From Eledone cirrhosa (taxonomy: Eukaryota): a stretch of 64,000 nt of DNA. The stretch spans positions 4,774,001-4,838,000 of the forward strand of contig OZ024761.1 in NCBI GenBank assembly GCA_964016885.1, in the 5' to 3' direction. The notes under the pieces are model-generated. The model saw only the letters and a program-made list of their open reading frames with translations, was not told the DNA's origin and ran no database searches. Positions 12,689 through 25,741 of the stretch are shown here, one piece after another (position 1 is the first letter of the stretch; each line of letters begins with the position of its first letter). The translations under genes and the position numbers were made by a program.

Positions 12689-15600
12689 GGAATTGAGTGA
12701 TACCACAAATACAGCCCTTGTAGACAACCACCCCACCTCCACTGACAGACAAAGAGAATGGCCAGCTAAATCTAACAGTGAACAGCTCACCAACAATTTT
12801 GCTGAAATCCATCCCACTTCCACTGAAGAAGAGCGAGAAAGGTCAGCTGACTCTAGTAGTAATTGTCACCACATCAACAACGAGGCTGAAATTCATGACT
12901 CTACTGAACAAACAGAGCACCAAAAACTTGTGGACACCCTACAAGTGATATGGAACGATATGTTTCAAGAGATATACAGCCTTAATGTGAGTGACAGACC
13001 ATACAACACTAGAGTCAGTAAAGAACCCACTAAATTGGAATTGGAAGTGGTGAACGAAATAGCTGGCAGTTATCTGAAGGCTATACGATCTAAAGGTGTA
13101 GAAACGACATTTGAAACGCTTAATGTTTTGTTATGTTTCAGCTGTCACATTGCTATCATATAACACACATCTAAAACCACGCAATCAAGATACAAGCAGA
13201 AAGCCTGAACCAGCGTGGATGCGAAATTTAAAATCCAAAATTTTGTCCCTGAGACGAAGTATCTCACACATCGCAGTCGTTATGAAATGCAACATAGAGA
13301 GGAACTTCACACGACACCAGGAAGACCTAAAGAAAAAGTTAGAGAGACGATTTGGAGATACAAAATTTAAAACTTTGAACTCCAAATTACACCAGTTGAA
13401 ACAACAACTCACAGCTACAACAGAAAGACTGAAATATAAGTCAACAGCACATAAACGACAAGTGCTAAATAGATTGTTTGCCAGAGATCCTAAATCAGTT
13501 TATCGCAGCTTCGGTGGCAAAAGCTCAATCTCTGTAAATGACACCCCTTCAAAAGAACAGGTTGAGAGCTACTGGAGATCTGTATGGGAAACGGATGACG
13601 GATTCAACAGACAAGCTAATTGGCTAAAAGAACTGGAACAGGACTACTGCCAACATGTCCAGACAAAACAATATGACATAGATGGGTCAATACTGGAAAC
13701 AGCTCTACAGAAAATGTCGAATAGGAAATCGCCAGGCCCAGACCTCATTACAGGATACTGGTTGAAGAATTTCACTTTCTATCGGCAAGATCTCATACGG
13801 CTGTTTACAGAAACCATTAAGGGCACACAAGAACTGCCCAGGTGGTTATCAACTGCCTCTACTCTCCTCATTCCCCAAAATAGCCAAACCACCCTTGCTA
13901 AAAATTACCGCCCAATTGCCTGCCAAAACATCATGTATAAATTATATACTGGGTGCCTTAACCTGTTCTTACAGGATCACTGTGCTACCAACAACATCAT
14001 AACACCTGAGCAGGCTGGTGGAAAGAGGGAGGTGTGGGATTGCATAGATCACCTACTAACTAACAAAATGATTCAGGAAAAAACAACAAAGAATCGCAGA
14101 AACATGACTGTCGTGTGGCTGGACTATCAAAAAGCATTTGATAGTGTACCTCATGGGTGGATTGTTAAGGCTTTACAGTTAGCTAAAGTCCCACAACCAT
14201 TGGTAGCTGCTGTTGAACGCCTGACCAAGAACTGGTACACCAGTTTGATCCTTAGAGGTGAGCAGAAGCAGGTTAAGACTGATAAGATACATTACCAGAA
14301 GGGCATCTTTCAGGGTGATGGCTTGTCAGTGCTACTCTTCGTTCTCTCACTGAATCCACTATCTTACCTACTCAGGAAACAAGGTGGACAAAGAAGTGGG
14401 CCCAGAAGTATCTCCCATCTTTTCTTTGTTGATGACCTGAAGTTGTATGGGCCAAATATCAATGACATCAAGAAACAATTGGACCTCATTACACAATTTT
14501 CAACCGACATCAAAATGAAATTTGGTGAGTCCAAGTGTGCATATTTGGCAGTAAAACGTGGAAGAGCTGTGCCCTCCTCTAGGAATCTAGAGATGAACGG
14601 CCTGACAATACAACCTCTGCAGTCAGGTGACAACTACAGATATCTTGGACAGGATGAGAATGTCAGATATGATGGACCCATAAATAAGGAGAGAACCAGA
14701 ACTGAATACCTCAGAAGAGTAAAGAAAATATGGTCATCAGAACTGTCAGCATACAACAAATACATTACCCACAATACTTATGCTGTGCCAATTCTAACGC
14801 CAACATTTGGCCTACTGAACTGGTCATTGCAAGAACTAAGTGAGATGGATGTTAGAACTCGAAAACTTCTCAGTGTTACTGGGAACTTTAACATCAATGG
14901 TGATGTGGATAGGCTATACTTCTCACGCAAGGAAGGTGGCCGGGGTCTAAAATCAATATTAACAACATATGAGACCCGGATAGTAACACTGAAGCAACAC
15001 CTTCAACAGAGGAAAAAGGTTGGCAACCATCTTGCCCACGTTTATGAGCATGAAAAAATAAATATCATTAGAATAGCGACTGATCTGGAGGAGAGATATG
15101 GAATAAAGCCTGATATAAATCTCTCACCCAGAGAAATCGGAAGATCCTATTCAATGTTCAAACAAGATAAAAAAAATTGACCAATTTATAGAAAAAGTTG
15201 TGCATGGATACTTGAGACGTAAAACACAGACCATAGAGGGGATAAACCATTCAAAAAGCCTGGCATGGAGTTCCGACAAGTTTATGACATCACACCTTGA
15301 GGGATAACTCTATGCAATACAGGAACAAGAACTCCCTATCAAATATCTGTTGCACAAAAGAGGAGGGCCAGCAGCTGACAATAAGTGTAGGCTATGTAAA
15401 ACAAAGATCGAGGATGTAAGCCACATTGTTGCCAGCTGCGAAAGAATGTCATCTCGCTACTACCTCCCCATGAGACACGATAGGATAGCTAGAACCATCT
15501 GGAACGCACTTCGGAAAACAAAATTAACAACAAACGAAGAAGAATATATTGAGACAGATGGCACTAAGGAATACTGGTGGAACCTGAAAATAAAAACTGC

Positions 15601-16038
15601 CACCAAATTAAAGCACAACCGGCCTGATATTCTAGTTTGGGACCACACATTGAAAACGTGTTCTGTTGTGGAGATCAGCTGCCCACTTGATGTAAACGTT
15701 GTCAGAAAAATACAGGAGAAGGAGGACATCTACGGACCATTGATGAGGAGTTTACAAATCCAGTATCCAAGATACACCTTTAGCTTCATACCCATCATTA
15801 TTGGTGCTACCGGTTATATACCAACCCGCTTGCACCAAAGTATGACTGAACTTGGATTTGCGGACAAAAAGGGCAGCTCCCTAATTCATAGTCTACAATG
15901 GTTGCGATAGCTGGCACCTTCAAAATTTGCAAAACATTCTTGCGATTCAAGGGATGACAATTTCTTTTCTTTTACAACCTTGCCACCAGGAAGGTGGCCG
16001 GTCAAAAAAATATACTAGAAATTAAGAGAAAGAGAAAA
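12689..16038 (+). mobile_element. R4/Dong-like non-LTR retrotransposon (RT + CCHC + restriction-like endonuclease), 5'-truncated and disrupted
   Basis: RT motifs YRPIAC, WLDYQKAFDSVPH, GIFQGDGLS, HLFFVDDLKLY; CRLC..HIVASC; RHD; RPDILV..VEISCP. Frameshifts near 13130, 15175 and 15900, stop near 15306. (TACA)n on both sides, no poly(A). Confidence 0.9.
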
Positions 16039-16104
16039 CATACATACATACATACATACATACACACATACATACATATAAAATATTGGCTGGCGTTCCA
16101 TATG

Positions 16105-18880
16105 CTATGCTGTGAATGTATGTATGTGTGTTTGTGTGAATGTATGCGTGTGTTTGTGTGAATGCATGTCTGTGTTTATGTGTATGTATTCGGGTGTTTG
16201 TGTGAATGTATGCGTGTGTTTGTGTGAATGTATGTGTGTGTGATTCTCTGAATGTATGTGTATGTGTTTGTGTGAATGTATGTGTGTGTGTTTGTGTGAA
16301 TATATGTGTGTGTTTGTGTGAATATATGTGTGTGTTTGTGTGAATGTGTGTTTGTGTGAATGTATGTCTGTGTGTTTGTGTGATTGTATGTCTGTATGTT
16401 TGTGTGAATCTATGTCTGTGTGTGTTTGTGTGAATGTATGTGTGTGTTTGGGTGAATGTATGTGTGAATGTATGTCTGTGTGTGTTTGTGTGAATGTATG
16501 TCTGTGTGTGGTTGTGTGAATGTATGTCTGTGTGTTTGGGTGAATGTATGTGTGTGTGTTTGTGTGAATGTATGTCTGTGTGTGTTTGTGTGAATGTATG
16601 TCTGTGTGTTTGTGTGAATATATGTGTGTGTTTGTGTGAATGTATGTCTGTATGTTGTGTGAATATATGTGTGTGTTTGTGTGAATGTATGTCTGTGTGT
16701 TTGTGTGAATATATGTGTGTGTTTGTGTGAATGTATGTCTGTGTGTTTGGGTGAATGTATGTCTGTGTGTTTGGGTGAATGTATGTGTGTGTGTTTGTGT
16801 GAATGTATGTGTGTGTTTGTGTGAATGTACGTCTGTGTGTTTTTGTGTGAATGTATGTGTGTGTTTGGGTGAATGTATGTGTGTGATGTGTGAATGTATG
16901 TCTGTGTGTGTTTGTGTGAATGTATGTCTGTGTGTTTGTGTGAATGTATGTGTGTGTTTGTGTGAATGTATGTCTGTGTTTGGGTGAATGTATGTCTGTG
17001 TGTGTTTGTGTGAATGTATATCTGTGTGTGTTTGTGTGAATGTATGTCTGTGTATGTTTCTGTGAATGTATGTGTGTGTTTGTGTGAATGTATGTCTGTG
17101 TGTGTTTGTGTGAATGTATGTCTGTGTTTGGGTGAATGTATGTCTGTGTGTGTTTGTGTGAATGTATGTGTGTGTGTTTGTGTGAATGTATGTCTGTGTG
17201 TGTTTGTGTGAATGTATGTCTGTGTGTGTTTGTGTGAATGTATGTCTGTGTGTTTGTGTGAATGTATGTCTGTGTGCGTTTGTGTGAATGTCTGTGTGTG
17301 TTTGTGTGAATGTATTTGTGTGTTTGGGTGAATGTATGTCTGTGTGTTTGTGTGAATGTATGTCTGTGTGCGTTTGTGTGAATGTATGTCTGTGTGTTTC
17401 GGTGAATGTATGCCTGTGTGTTTGTGTGAATGTATGTCTGTGTGTTTGTGTGAATGTATGTGTGTGTTTGTGTGAATGTATGTCTGTGTGTTTGTGGGAA
17501 TGTATGTCTGTGTGCGTTTGTGTGAATGTATGTCTGTGTGTGTTTGTGTGAATATATGTGTGTGTTTGTGTGAATGTATGTCTGTGTGTGTTTGTGTGAA
17601 TGTATGTCTGTGTGTGTTTGTGTGAATGTATGTGTGTGTTTGGGTGAATGTATGTCTGTGTGTTTGTGTGAATGTATGTCTGTGTGCGTTTGTGTGAATG
17701 TATGTCTGTGTGTTTGTGTGAATGTATGTCTGTGTGTGTTTGGGTGAATGTCTGTGTGTGTTTGTGTGAATATACGTCTGTGTGTTTGGGTGAATGTATG
17801 TCTGTGTGTTTGTGTGAATGTATGTCTGTGTGCGTTTGTGTGAATGTATGTCTGTGTGTTTGGGTGAATGTATGCCTGTGTGTTTGTGTGAATGTATGTG
17901 TGTGTTTGTGTGAATGTATGTCTGTGTGTTTGTGGGAATGTATGTCTGTGTGCGTTTGTGTGAATGTATGTCTGTGTGTGTTTGTGTGAATATATGTGTG
18001 TGTTTGTGTGAATGTATGTCTGTGTGTGTTTGTGTGAATGTATGTCTGTGTGTGTTTGTGTGAATGTATGTGTGTGTTTGGGTGAATGTATGTCTGTGTG
18101 TTTGTGTGAATGTATGTCTGTGTGCGTTTGTGTGAATGTATGTCTGTGTGTTTGTGTGAATGTATGTCTGTGTGTGTTTGGGTGAATGTATGTGTGTGTT
18201 TGGGTGAATGTATGTATGTGTGTTTGTGTGAATGTATGTCTGTGTGTTTGTGTGAATGTATGTATGTGTGTGTTTGTGTGAATGTATGTCTGTGTGTTTG
18301 GGTGAATGTATGTCTGTATGTTTGTGAGAATGTATGTCTGTGTGCGTTTGTGTGAATGTATGTGTGTGTTTGTGTGAATGTATGTGTGTGTTTGGGTGAA
18401 TGTATGTCTGTGTGTTTGTGTGAATGTATGTCTGTGTGTTTGTATGAATGTATGTCTGTGTGTTTGTGTGAATATATGTGTGTGTTTGTGTGAATGTATG
18501 TCTGTGTGTGTTTGTGTGAATGTATGTCTGTGTTTGTGTGAATGTATGTGTGTGTGTTTGGGTGAATGTATGTCTGTGTGTTTTTGTGAATGTATGTGTG
18601 TATGTTTGTGTGAATGTATGCCTGTGTTTGTATTTTTGTAAGTGTGTCTGTGTTTATATTTATATACTCATACATATAAATGCATATACACATACACATT
18701 CACACGCACATATACATATACACATTCACACGCACATATACATATACACATACACAGGCACATATACACACACACACACAGGCACATATACATTTACACA
18801 TACACAGGCACATATACACATACACATACACAGGCACATATACACATACACATACACAGGCACATATACATATCCACATA
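16105..18880. repeat. TG-rich degenerate satellite (about 22-26 bp unit TGTGTGAATGTATGTCTGTGTGTT) followed by a CA-rich tract
   Basis: Direct reading; source of many spurious ORFs. Confidence 0.95.
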
Positions 18881-18884
18881 CGCG

Positions 18885-19150
18885 TCAGCCCCGATAGTAG
18901 TGAGAAGAGAAGTGTTGAGAGGACCAACAACGCTGGAAGTCTCTACTGCTATAGTTTCAGCCACGAAGCTGTCGGAGAACGACCGATACTTTGATAGTGG
19001 TAGTTTGATTCTGCTGGATCCAGCAGTGGACCCAGCCCATTGCCCTTGCAAGGAGATTTTTGTCTGAAAGAAGAACTCTTATTGTTAATACATTTTGGAC
19101 TTCGCCACTACCATCGCACACCATTCTACTTTTCTTTTGAAAAGGGTGTG
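18885..19150 (-). mobile_element. Degenerate CRE-like RLE retrotransposon endonuclease remnant
   Basis: AGSTAGS..LSKYRSFSDSF...IAVETSSVVGP..LLTTIG resembles the CRE-clade C-terminal K..KY...P.AVET.G..GP motif. Confidence 0.4.
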
Positions 19151-19189
19151 TTAACACCGAAATATGCAATATAAGATAACAGTATAAAT

Positions 19190-19438
19190 TAGGGGTCTCA
19201 AACTGACGGACTCACGAGGGACATTACGTCCTGAGGGTCATACACAGCGGGCCAGAAGTGAAATGTGGAGGGGTGTGATTTCAATATAGTTGATAGGCTG
19301 ATATTTATTTAATACTGCTGCAAGAGTATGGAAGGGGTGGGGGCAACTTATCAAGTTTTAGGAAAATGTTAGTCACAAAAATGGTTCTGCCGGCAACCAT
19401 AGAAAAGTGGTTTGCGGGCCGCGGGTTTCAGACCCCTG
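19190..19438. mobile_element. hAT-like MITE
   Basis: Imperfect TIRs TAGGGGTCTCAAAC / GTTTCAGACCCCTG; no clear TSD. Confidence 0.6.
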
Positions 19439-19507
19439 GGGTACCTGGGGTAGACATTTATTTTGTCAGGTCTTCTTACTTCATTCCCATTTTCATTCCT
19501 TTATTTT

Positions 19508-19990
19508 CAACATAGAGTTGCCTGTAGTGACATAGAGTTGCCTATAGTGTGTACTATCATATAGGTAGTCATAGAGTTGCCTGTGGTGACATAGAGTTGC
19601 CTGCAGTGACATAGAGTTGCCTGCAGTGGCATAGAGTTGCCTATAGTGTGTACTATCATATAGATAGTCACAGAGTTGGCTGTGGTGACATATAGTTGCC
19701 TGCAGTGACATAGAGTTGCCTTTAGTGACATAGAGTTGCCTGTAGTGACATAGAGTTGCCTGCAATGACATAGAGTTTCCTGCAGTGACATAGAGTTGCC
19801 TTTAGTGACATAGAGTTGCCTGTAGTGACATAGAGTTGCCTGCAGTGACATAGAGTTGTCTGTAGTGACATAGAGTTGCCTGTAGTGACATAGAGTTGCC
19901 TTTAGTGACATAGAGTTGCCTGTAGTAAAATAGAGTTGCCTGTAGTGACATAGAGTTGCCTGCAGTGACATAGAGTTGCCTGTAGTGAGA
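19508..19990. repeat. 20 bp minisatellite
   Basis: AGTGACATAGAGTTGCCTGT repeated about 20 times. Confidence 0.95.
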
Positions 19991-20035
19991 GATTCTATAA
20001 TTGAGGTAGACATCAGTTGCCTGTAGTAACATCCT

Positions 20036-21200
20036 TAAAGGCGGTCTATGTCACTGTTGATGTGGAAGTTTCCGGTGTTGTTCAGTATTTTTCGAGTTCC
20101 AACATCAACTGCTCGGATTTCGTCTATCGTCCAATTGAGTATTCCAAACGTTGGTGTTAGGACAGGCACAGCAAACACAATGTGAGCCACTGTTTTGTTT
20201 TGCGCAGAGAGTTCCGATGACCAGATCTTTCTTAATCGGGTGTAGTATTCCCTGGTTACGCGTTCTTTATTACAGATACCATTATAGGATATGTTCTCAT
20301 CTATCCCCAGGTATCTGTAGCAGTCCTCATCAGATATCGGTGAAAAAGTTATACCATTGATGACAATGTTGCTAGATTGGGTTGTTGTTTTTCCCCGCTT
20401 TACAGTCATGTATGAGCATTTATCTTGGCCAAACTCTATTCCTATATCCTTTGAGAACGTTGTAACCAGGTCAAGATTTTTCTTCATCCCATCCATGTTC
20501 TTGGCATAGAGTTTTAGATCGTCCACAAAGAAGTTATGGGTTAGGTTCGTATTTCTATCCTCCGGAGAGCCAATGATGTATCCCTCACATTTCTTAAGCA
20601 GAAAGGACAAGGGGTTTAATGACAAGATGAACACTATCACAGAGAGACTGTCCCCCTGAAATATACCCCTGCAATATTTTATTTTATCAGTGAAAATAGA
20701 GTTCTCCCTCTCTGTCTTTAACCTTAGGATAGTAGCCCAAGAAGAAGACAGCCTCTCTATGGCTCTGACAATAATGTCTGGGACTTTAGCAAGTTGGAGG
20801 GCCTCTATCATCCAAGAGTGGGGAACAGAATCGAAAGCTTTCTTGTAGTCCAGCCAGACTGTAGTCATATTCCTCCTAAGTTGTCGCACCTCCGGACATC
20901 GCAGTTTTGTTGATTAGGAGTTGTTCAGCATATCCCCAAACCCTTTTCTTTCCAGCTGCTTGTTCATCTGTGATGATGTTATTATTTTCACAGTGATCTT
21001 GGAGGAATAGGTTCAGGCAGGCTGTATACATCTTATACATCAGGTTCTGGCATGCAATGAGTCGGTAGTTTTTTGCCAAGTGGGTGTCTTTGTTCTTGGG
21101 GACCAGTAACGTTTGTGCTAATGTCAGCCATTCTGGTATAAGTGTATCCCCGTTAAGAACTTGTTGGTAGAGGTCATAGAATATTAGTTTTTTGTACCAG
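20036..21200 (-). mobile_element. RT fragment of a second R4/Dong-like family
   Basis: WLDYKKAFDSVPH, GIFQGDSLS, HNFFVDDLKLY; ends abruptly at NFHINSDIDRL; frameshift near 20880. Confidence 0.88.
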
Positions 21201-21769
21201 TGGTGGTGGTGGTGGTGGGTGATGATGAGGGTATATTAGCGGATAGTTCTAGTTAGTCTAGTAACCACACAGTGGCTCCCTCTGATGATTCTATTGTTTG
21301 GTGTCTTAATTCGGTTATAGGCTTAAACTGATGGTGGCGGTGGTGAGGTGGGGTGGATCAGAAGAGTGTGGTGGCGGTGGTCGGGGTAGGGGGTCGGTGG
21401 GGTATTTGTGTTGGAGGTGGTGGGGTTGGGGTGGGATGTTGGTGTTGGTGGTGGGGCGGGGGGATCAAATCAGTGTGGCGGTGGTGGTGGTGGTGTGGGG
21501 TATCAAATCAGTGTGGTGGTAGTGGTGATGGTAGTAGTGGTGGTTGTGGTGGTGGTATGTTGGTGGTGGTGTGTTGGTGGTGGTGTGTTGGTGGGGTGGC
21601 GGGGTGGGGGTTATATTTTGTTGTTAATAAATGATATTGTCAAGGGAAACTATACAATGACAAGGTCTGGTGATTGGCTCCTAGTTTCTCAGAGTCCTCG
21701 TACTGCTCTGTACCACCACCACCACCACCACCACCACCACCACCACTACTACTACCACTACTACCACTA

Positions 21770-21829
<60 letters not shown>

Positions 21830-21869
21830 TAATTATGAGTATGTGAACAGATGCGCAAACAGCCCAAAC

Positions 21870-22485
21870 TACCCCACCAGAACCCTTAATGGTACCACCC
21901 TTAAGCAGGTGGAAGATTACAAGTATCTTGGCTCATATATCTCCTCCTCCAAAAAATATTTTCTAACCAGGAAGGGTATGGCAGGGTCAGCGTGCAATGA
22001 CATGCACGCCATATGGACATCTCAACTTACCAACAAGCTAAAACTGGAAATATTCCAAGCAACCATTAAGCCCATATTACTTTATGGATCCGAAACTTGG
22101 ACACTAACATCACAACTTGAGAGGAGATTGGATGGCACATATACCCGCCTCTTAATGAGAGTGCAAAACCTATCCTGGAAACGACATCCCACCTTGTCTA
22201 AAATCTATGGCAAACTCCCTCGAGCCTCTGCCCTTCTAAAATCCCGGAGAGCTCAATTTGCTGGCCACTGTCACCGTGCCAGCAATGAAATCATATCCGC
22301 TCTCTTGCTCTGGAACCCTGACTCCAGCCTGACTAGGAGTAGGAAGCTGTCATTCCCTGACGTTATCTCTAGGGATACGGGAATCAGTAGACAGGACCTA
22401 GGGGCAGCGATGGGGGACAGGGAATTCTGGGGCATGAGAGTGAGATCCATCATCTCGACAGTAGTCGACGAATGATGATGATGAC
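21870..22485 (+). mobile_element. RTE-clade LINE 3' fragment
   Basis: YKYLGS..ILLYGSETWTLT..RLDGTYTRLL..FAGHCHR, stop, then (TGA)n tail. Confidence 0.88.
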
Positions 22486-22749
22486 TATAATTATAATTTA
22501 GTCACACTAACATCACCAACAATAACAACAACAACAGTAACAAAAACAACAACAACAGTAACAACAGTTACAACAACAACAACAACAATAACAACAGAAA
22601 CAACAACAACAACAACAATAACAACAGAAACAACAACAACACTAACAACAACAACAACAACAGTAACCAAAGTAACAACAGTAACAACAACGATAACAAC
22701 AACAACAGTAACAAGAATAGAACAGAAAATATTTGATTGAAAGCATCTC

Positions 22750-23175
22750 TTGGTGGTGGGGCGTCTAGGTGACCGGGTGGTGGGGTGTCTAGCTGTGTTG
22801 GAGTGACGTGTCTAGGTGTGGAGTGACCAGGTGACCTTTGGTGGGGCGTCTAGGTAACCGGGTGGTGGGGTGTCTAGCTGTGTTGGAGTGACGTGTCTAG
22901 GTGTGGAGTGACCAGGTGACCTTTGGTGGGGCGTCTAGGTAACCGGGTGGTGGGGTGTCTAGCTGTGTTGGAGTGACGTGTCTAGGTGTGGAGTGACCAG
23001 GTGTCCTGTGGTGGGGTGTCTAGGTGACCGGGTGGTGGGGTGTCTAGGTGTGGAGTGACCAGGTGACCTGTGGTGGCGCGTCTAGGTGACCGGGTGGTGG
23101 GGTGTCTAGCTGTGTTGGAGTGACGTGTCTAGGTGTGGAGTGACCAGGTGTCCTGTGGTGGGGTGTCTAGGTGGT
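22750..23175. repeat. G-rich minisatellite of about 85 bp (about 5 copies) abutting the transferrin TATA box
   Basis: GTGGGGCGTCTAGGTGACCGGGTGGTGGGGTGTCTAGCTGTGTTGGAGTGACGTGTCTAGGTGTGGAGTGACCAGGTGACC unit. Confidence 0.92.
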
Positions 23176-23181
23176 TGCAGG

Positions 23182-23253
23182 TATAAAATACGGTAGATTT
23201 CAACAGCAGAGACAGTCGGAACCAAATAAGCAGCATAACACACAACTGAGTCA
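23182..23253 (+). promoter_or_regulatory. Transferrin core promoter: TATA box, Inr-like element and AP-1 site
   Basis: TATAAAA at 23182-23188; Inr-like ACAGTC about 30 nt downstream (A at 23214); TGAGTCA at 23247-23253 in the putative 5'UTR. Confidence 0.6.
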
Positions 23254-23277
23254 ACAGAGACAGAACTAGAAAGAACA

Positions 23278-23335
23278 ATGGAATCTCCCAGGCCATTCCA
23301 ATTATTGGTGTTGATAGTATTGGCATCACAAGCAG
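23278..23335 (+). CDS. Monolobal transferrin, coding exon 1 (signal peptide MESPRPFQLLVLIVLASQA)
   Basis: ATG at 23278, about 90 nt after TATAAAA. Hydrophobic LLVLIVLA core. Donor G|GTAGG at 23336 is phase 1, matching exon 2 (G+TG=Val). Spliced ...SQAVIA-VPT resembles the vertebrate transferrin signal cleavage site ...CLA-VP. Confidence 0.8.
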
Positions 23336-23391
23336 GTAGGAGACTTTCTTTGTTGTTGTTTCACATTTCATGTTAGCCTTCCATAGCGTCA

Positions 23392-23802
23392 GGCTCACTG
23401 GTTACGGTATTCGGCTTATGTTCGTAAGGTTGTCAGTTCGATTCCCGTTGTCGCGCTTTATTTCACGTTGCTCCAGTCCACTGTGTCCTTAAGCAAGACA
23501 CTTTATTTCACGTTGCTCCAGTCCACTGTGTCCTTAAGCAAGACACTTTATTTCACGTTACTCCAGTCCACTGTGTCCTTAAGCAAGACATTTTATTTCA
23601 CGTTGCTCCAGTCCACTCAGCTGGAATAAATGAGTTGTACCTGTAATTCGAAGGGCCAGCCTTGTCATATTCTGTGTCACACTGAATTTCCCTGAGAACT
23701 CCGTTAAGGGGACGCGTGTCTGTGGAATGCTCAGCCACTTCCACGTTAATTTCACGAGCAGGCTGTTCAGTTGATCACTTGTCGTAACTGACGAAGTGCC
23801 AG
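23392..23802 (+). mobile_element. tRNA-derived SINE with CORE-like and Nin/Deu-like domains (internal triplication of about 45 bp)
   Basis: tRNA head with GTTCGATTCCC; GTGTCCTTAAGCAAGACACTTTATTTCACGTTGCTCCAGTCCAC repeated; CCCTGAGAACT..GTCTGTGGAATGCTCAGCCACTT. Related pieces at about 24330-24547, 35229-35370, 54140-54280 and 59130-59207(-). Confidence 0.7.
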
Positions 23803-24019
23803 TTTAGTCTTCCATAATTTAGTGCCGAAAATTGTGGTCGCAGTTCATCGAAGGTTTAAGAGGTTCGATTAAGCCCCGAGTTCGATCTAACAACATCTTA
23901 AGCAAGTGTCAATCCCTATAGTCACGGGTGGTGGTCCTGCCATCTGTTGTAAGTGAGATTTGGCAGACAGAAACAGTTTTGAAGCCCGTCTGACGGAGAC
24001 GGTCTATACATGTAATTCT

Positions 24020-24332
24020 GTGAATTACAGGTATAGACAGTCATGTGAGTATATCTACCCGAGAGAATTACAGGTATAGACAGTCCGTCTGACTATATCT
24101 CCCCGAGAGAATTACAGGTATAGACAGTCGTGTGACTATATCTCCCCGAGAGAATTACAGGTATAGACAGTCGTCTGACTCTATCTCCCCGATAGAATTA
24201 CAGGTATAGACAGTCGTCTGACTATACCTCCCCGAGAGAATTACAGGTATAGACAGTTCGTCTGACTATATCTTCCCGAGAGAATTACAGGTATAGACAG
24301 TCGTCTGACTATATCTCCCCGAGAGAATTACG
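24020..24332. repeat. Minisatellite of about 43 bp, about 7 copies
   Basis: GAGAGAATTACAGGTATAGACAGTCGTCTGACTATATCTCCCC. Confidence 0.9.
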
Positions 24333-24615
24333 TTAAGGCGCCACGGGTCTATAGAATGCTCGGCCACTTAGACGTTAATTTCATGAGCCATACCTATAAT
24401 TCAGAGGTCCAGCCTTGTTACACACTTTCATACTGAATTTCCCTGAGAATTACAGTAAGTGTACACGTGTCACTTACATGACAATTTCATAAGCAGGGCT
24501 GTTGCGTTGATTGAACAACTGGAATACTCATCGTCGTAACCGACAGAAGACCGTTCCACATCCTCCATAACAATTGTATTGCGGCTTGCTGGTCATCTCC
24601 CGGAACGCAGGTCAC

Positions 24616-24890
24616 TCTATTTGGCCGGGCCACCGAAACCCTGTTGTATCAGTCTTCTATTTGGCCTTGCCACCCATGGCCGTGCCACCGAAATCCTGTT
24701 GTACCAGTCTTCTATTTGGCCGTCCCACCGAAACCCCGTTGTATCAGTCTTCTATTTGGCCTTGCCACCCATGGCCGTGCCACCGAAACCCTGTTGTACC
24801 AGTCTTCTATTTGGCCGTCCCACCGAAACCCCGTTGTACCAGTCTTCTATTTGGCCGTCCCACCCATGGCCGTGCCACCGAAAACCTGTT
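24616..24890. repeat. Minisatellite with alternating units of about 40 and 55 bp
   Basis: CTATTTGGCC..CACCGAAACCC.GTTGTA.CAGTCTT; the distal part recurs at 25603-25697. Confidence 0.85.
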
Positions 24891-25251
24891 GAATCTCACG
24901 AATGGTTTCCGTTTGGGCATCTCCAAGTTGTTTCCCAACTTTATATAGCATCGTTGCTCCACATGTTTGGTTATCACAGACGAAATGATGATGTGACGTG
25001 GAAGAGGTAGAGCACTTCACACACTGTCAAGTGTCTGGTGTACCCAGAGAGCTGACTAAAAACCACGCATGTGTATAAATATATGCGGCTCCACTCTGCA
25101 TATTTTTGTCTCCCTAATGCCATTGTTTCCCACCGAAAAAAAATTATAATGTCGTTTACTCTTTCAACAGACCTCATATATAAGGTACGTATTCATATTC
25201 GTACGGTTTTAGTACATAGCCCATAGTTTTACAGACACACACATGTGTGTG

Positions 25252-25330
<79 letters not shown>

Positions 25331-25390
25331 ATATATGTATATAATAGAAAAAAACGAGGAAGTTTTGTTTACATGTAAAATATGTTTATT

Positions 25391-25474
25391 GTTACGCGCG
25401 TTTCGCAGAGGATTGGCTCAAAGTAACCCATAGGTTTTATGGACCCGACTCCATTATCGATCTGTTCCTCAGAC
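25391..25474 (-). ncRNA. Hammerhead candidate with long stem II and weak stem I
   Basis: GU-CUGAGGA-acag...cugc-GAA-ACGCGCGU-A-AC. Confidence 0.45.
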
Positions 25475-25741
25475 TGGCGATGTGGCAAAAAAATAATATA
25501 TATATGAATGTGTATAGAGTACTTGATTTGGTACCAACACCAGCAACTCACTGTACTACCCCCCCCCCCCCATACATATATATATATATATATATATATT
25601 CAACCCATGGCCGTGCCACCGAAAACCTGTTGGTTTCCGTTTGGGCATTTCCAAGCTGTTTCCCAACTTTATACAGCATCGTTGCTCCACATGTTGAATA
25701 ATGGTATAATTAGTTTAATACTGGTTTAATCCTGATACATA

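Noticed and set aside
16105-18699. 864 aa HT-rich ORF on the - strand
   Set aside because: Translation of a TG-rich satellite.
18882-19064. Possible minus-strand host exon (ttctttcAG...GTATGT) or a second transferrin paralog
   Set aside because: No transferrin motifs; the open frame fits a CRE-like endonuclease remnant better, and the donor comes from the adjacent microsatellite.
23205-23277. Iron-responsive element in the transferrin 5'UTR
   Set aside because: No CAGUGN-loop hairpin is present.
23392-23452. tRNA gene
   Set aside because: tRNA-like SINE head continuing into SINE body; no complete cloverleaf.
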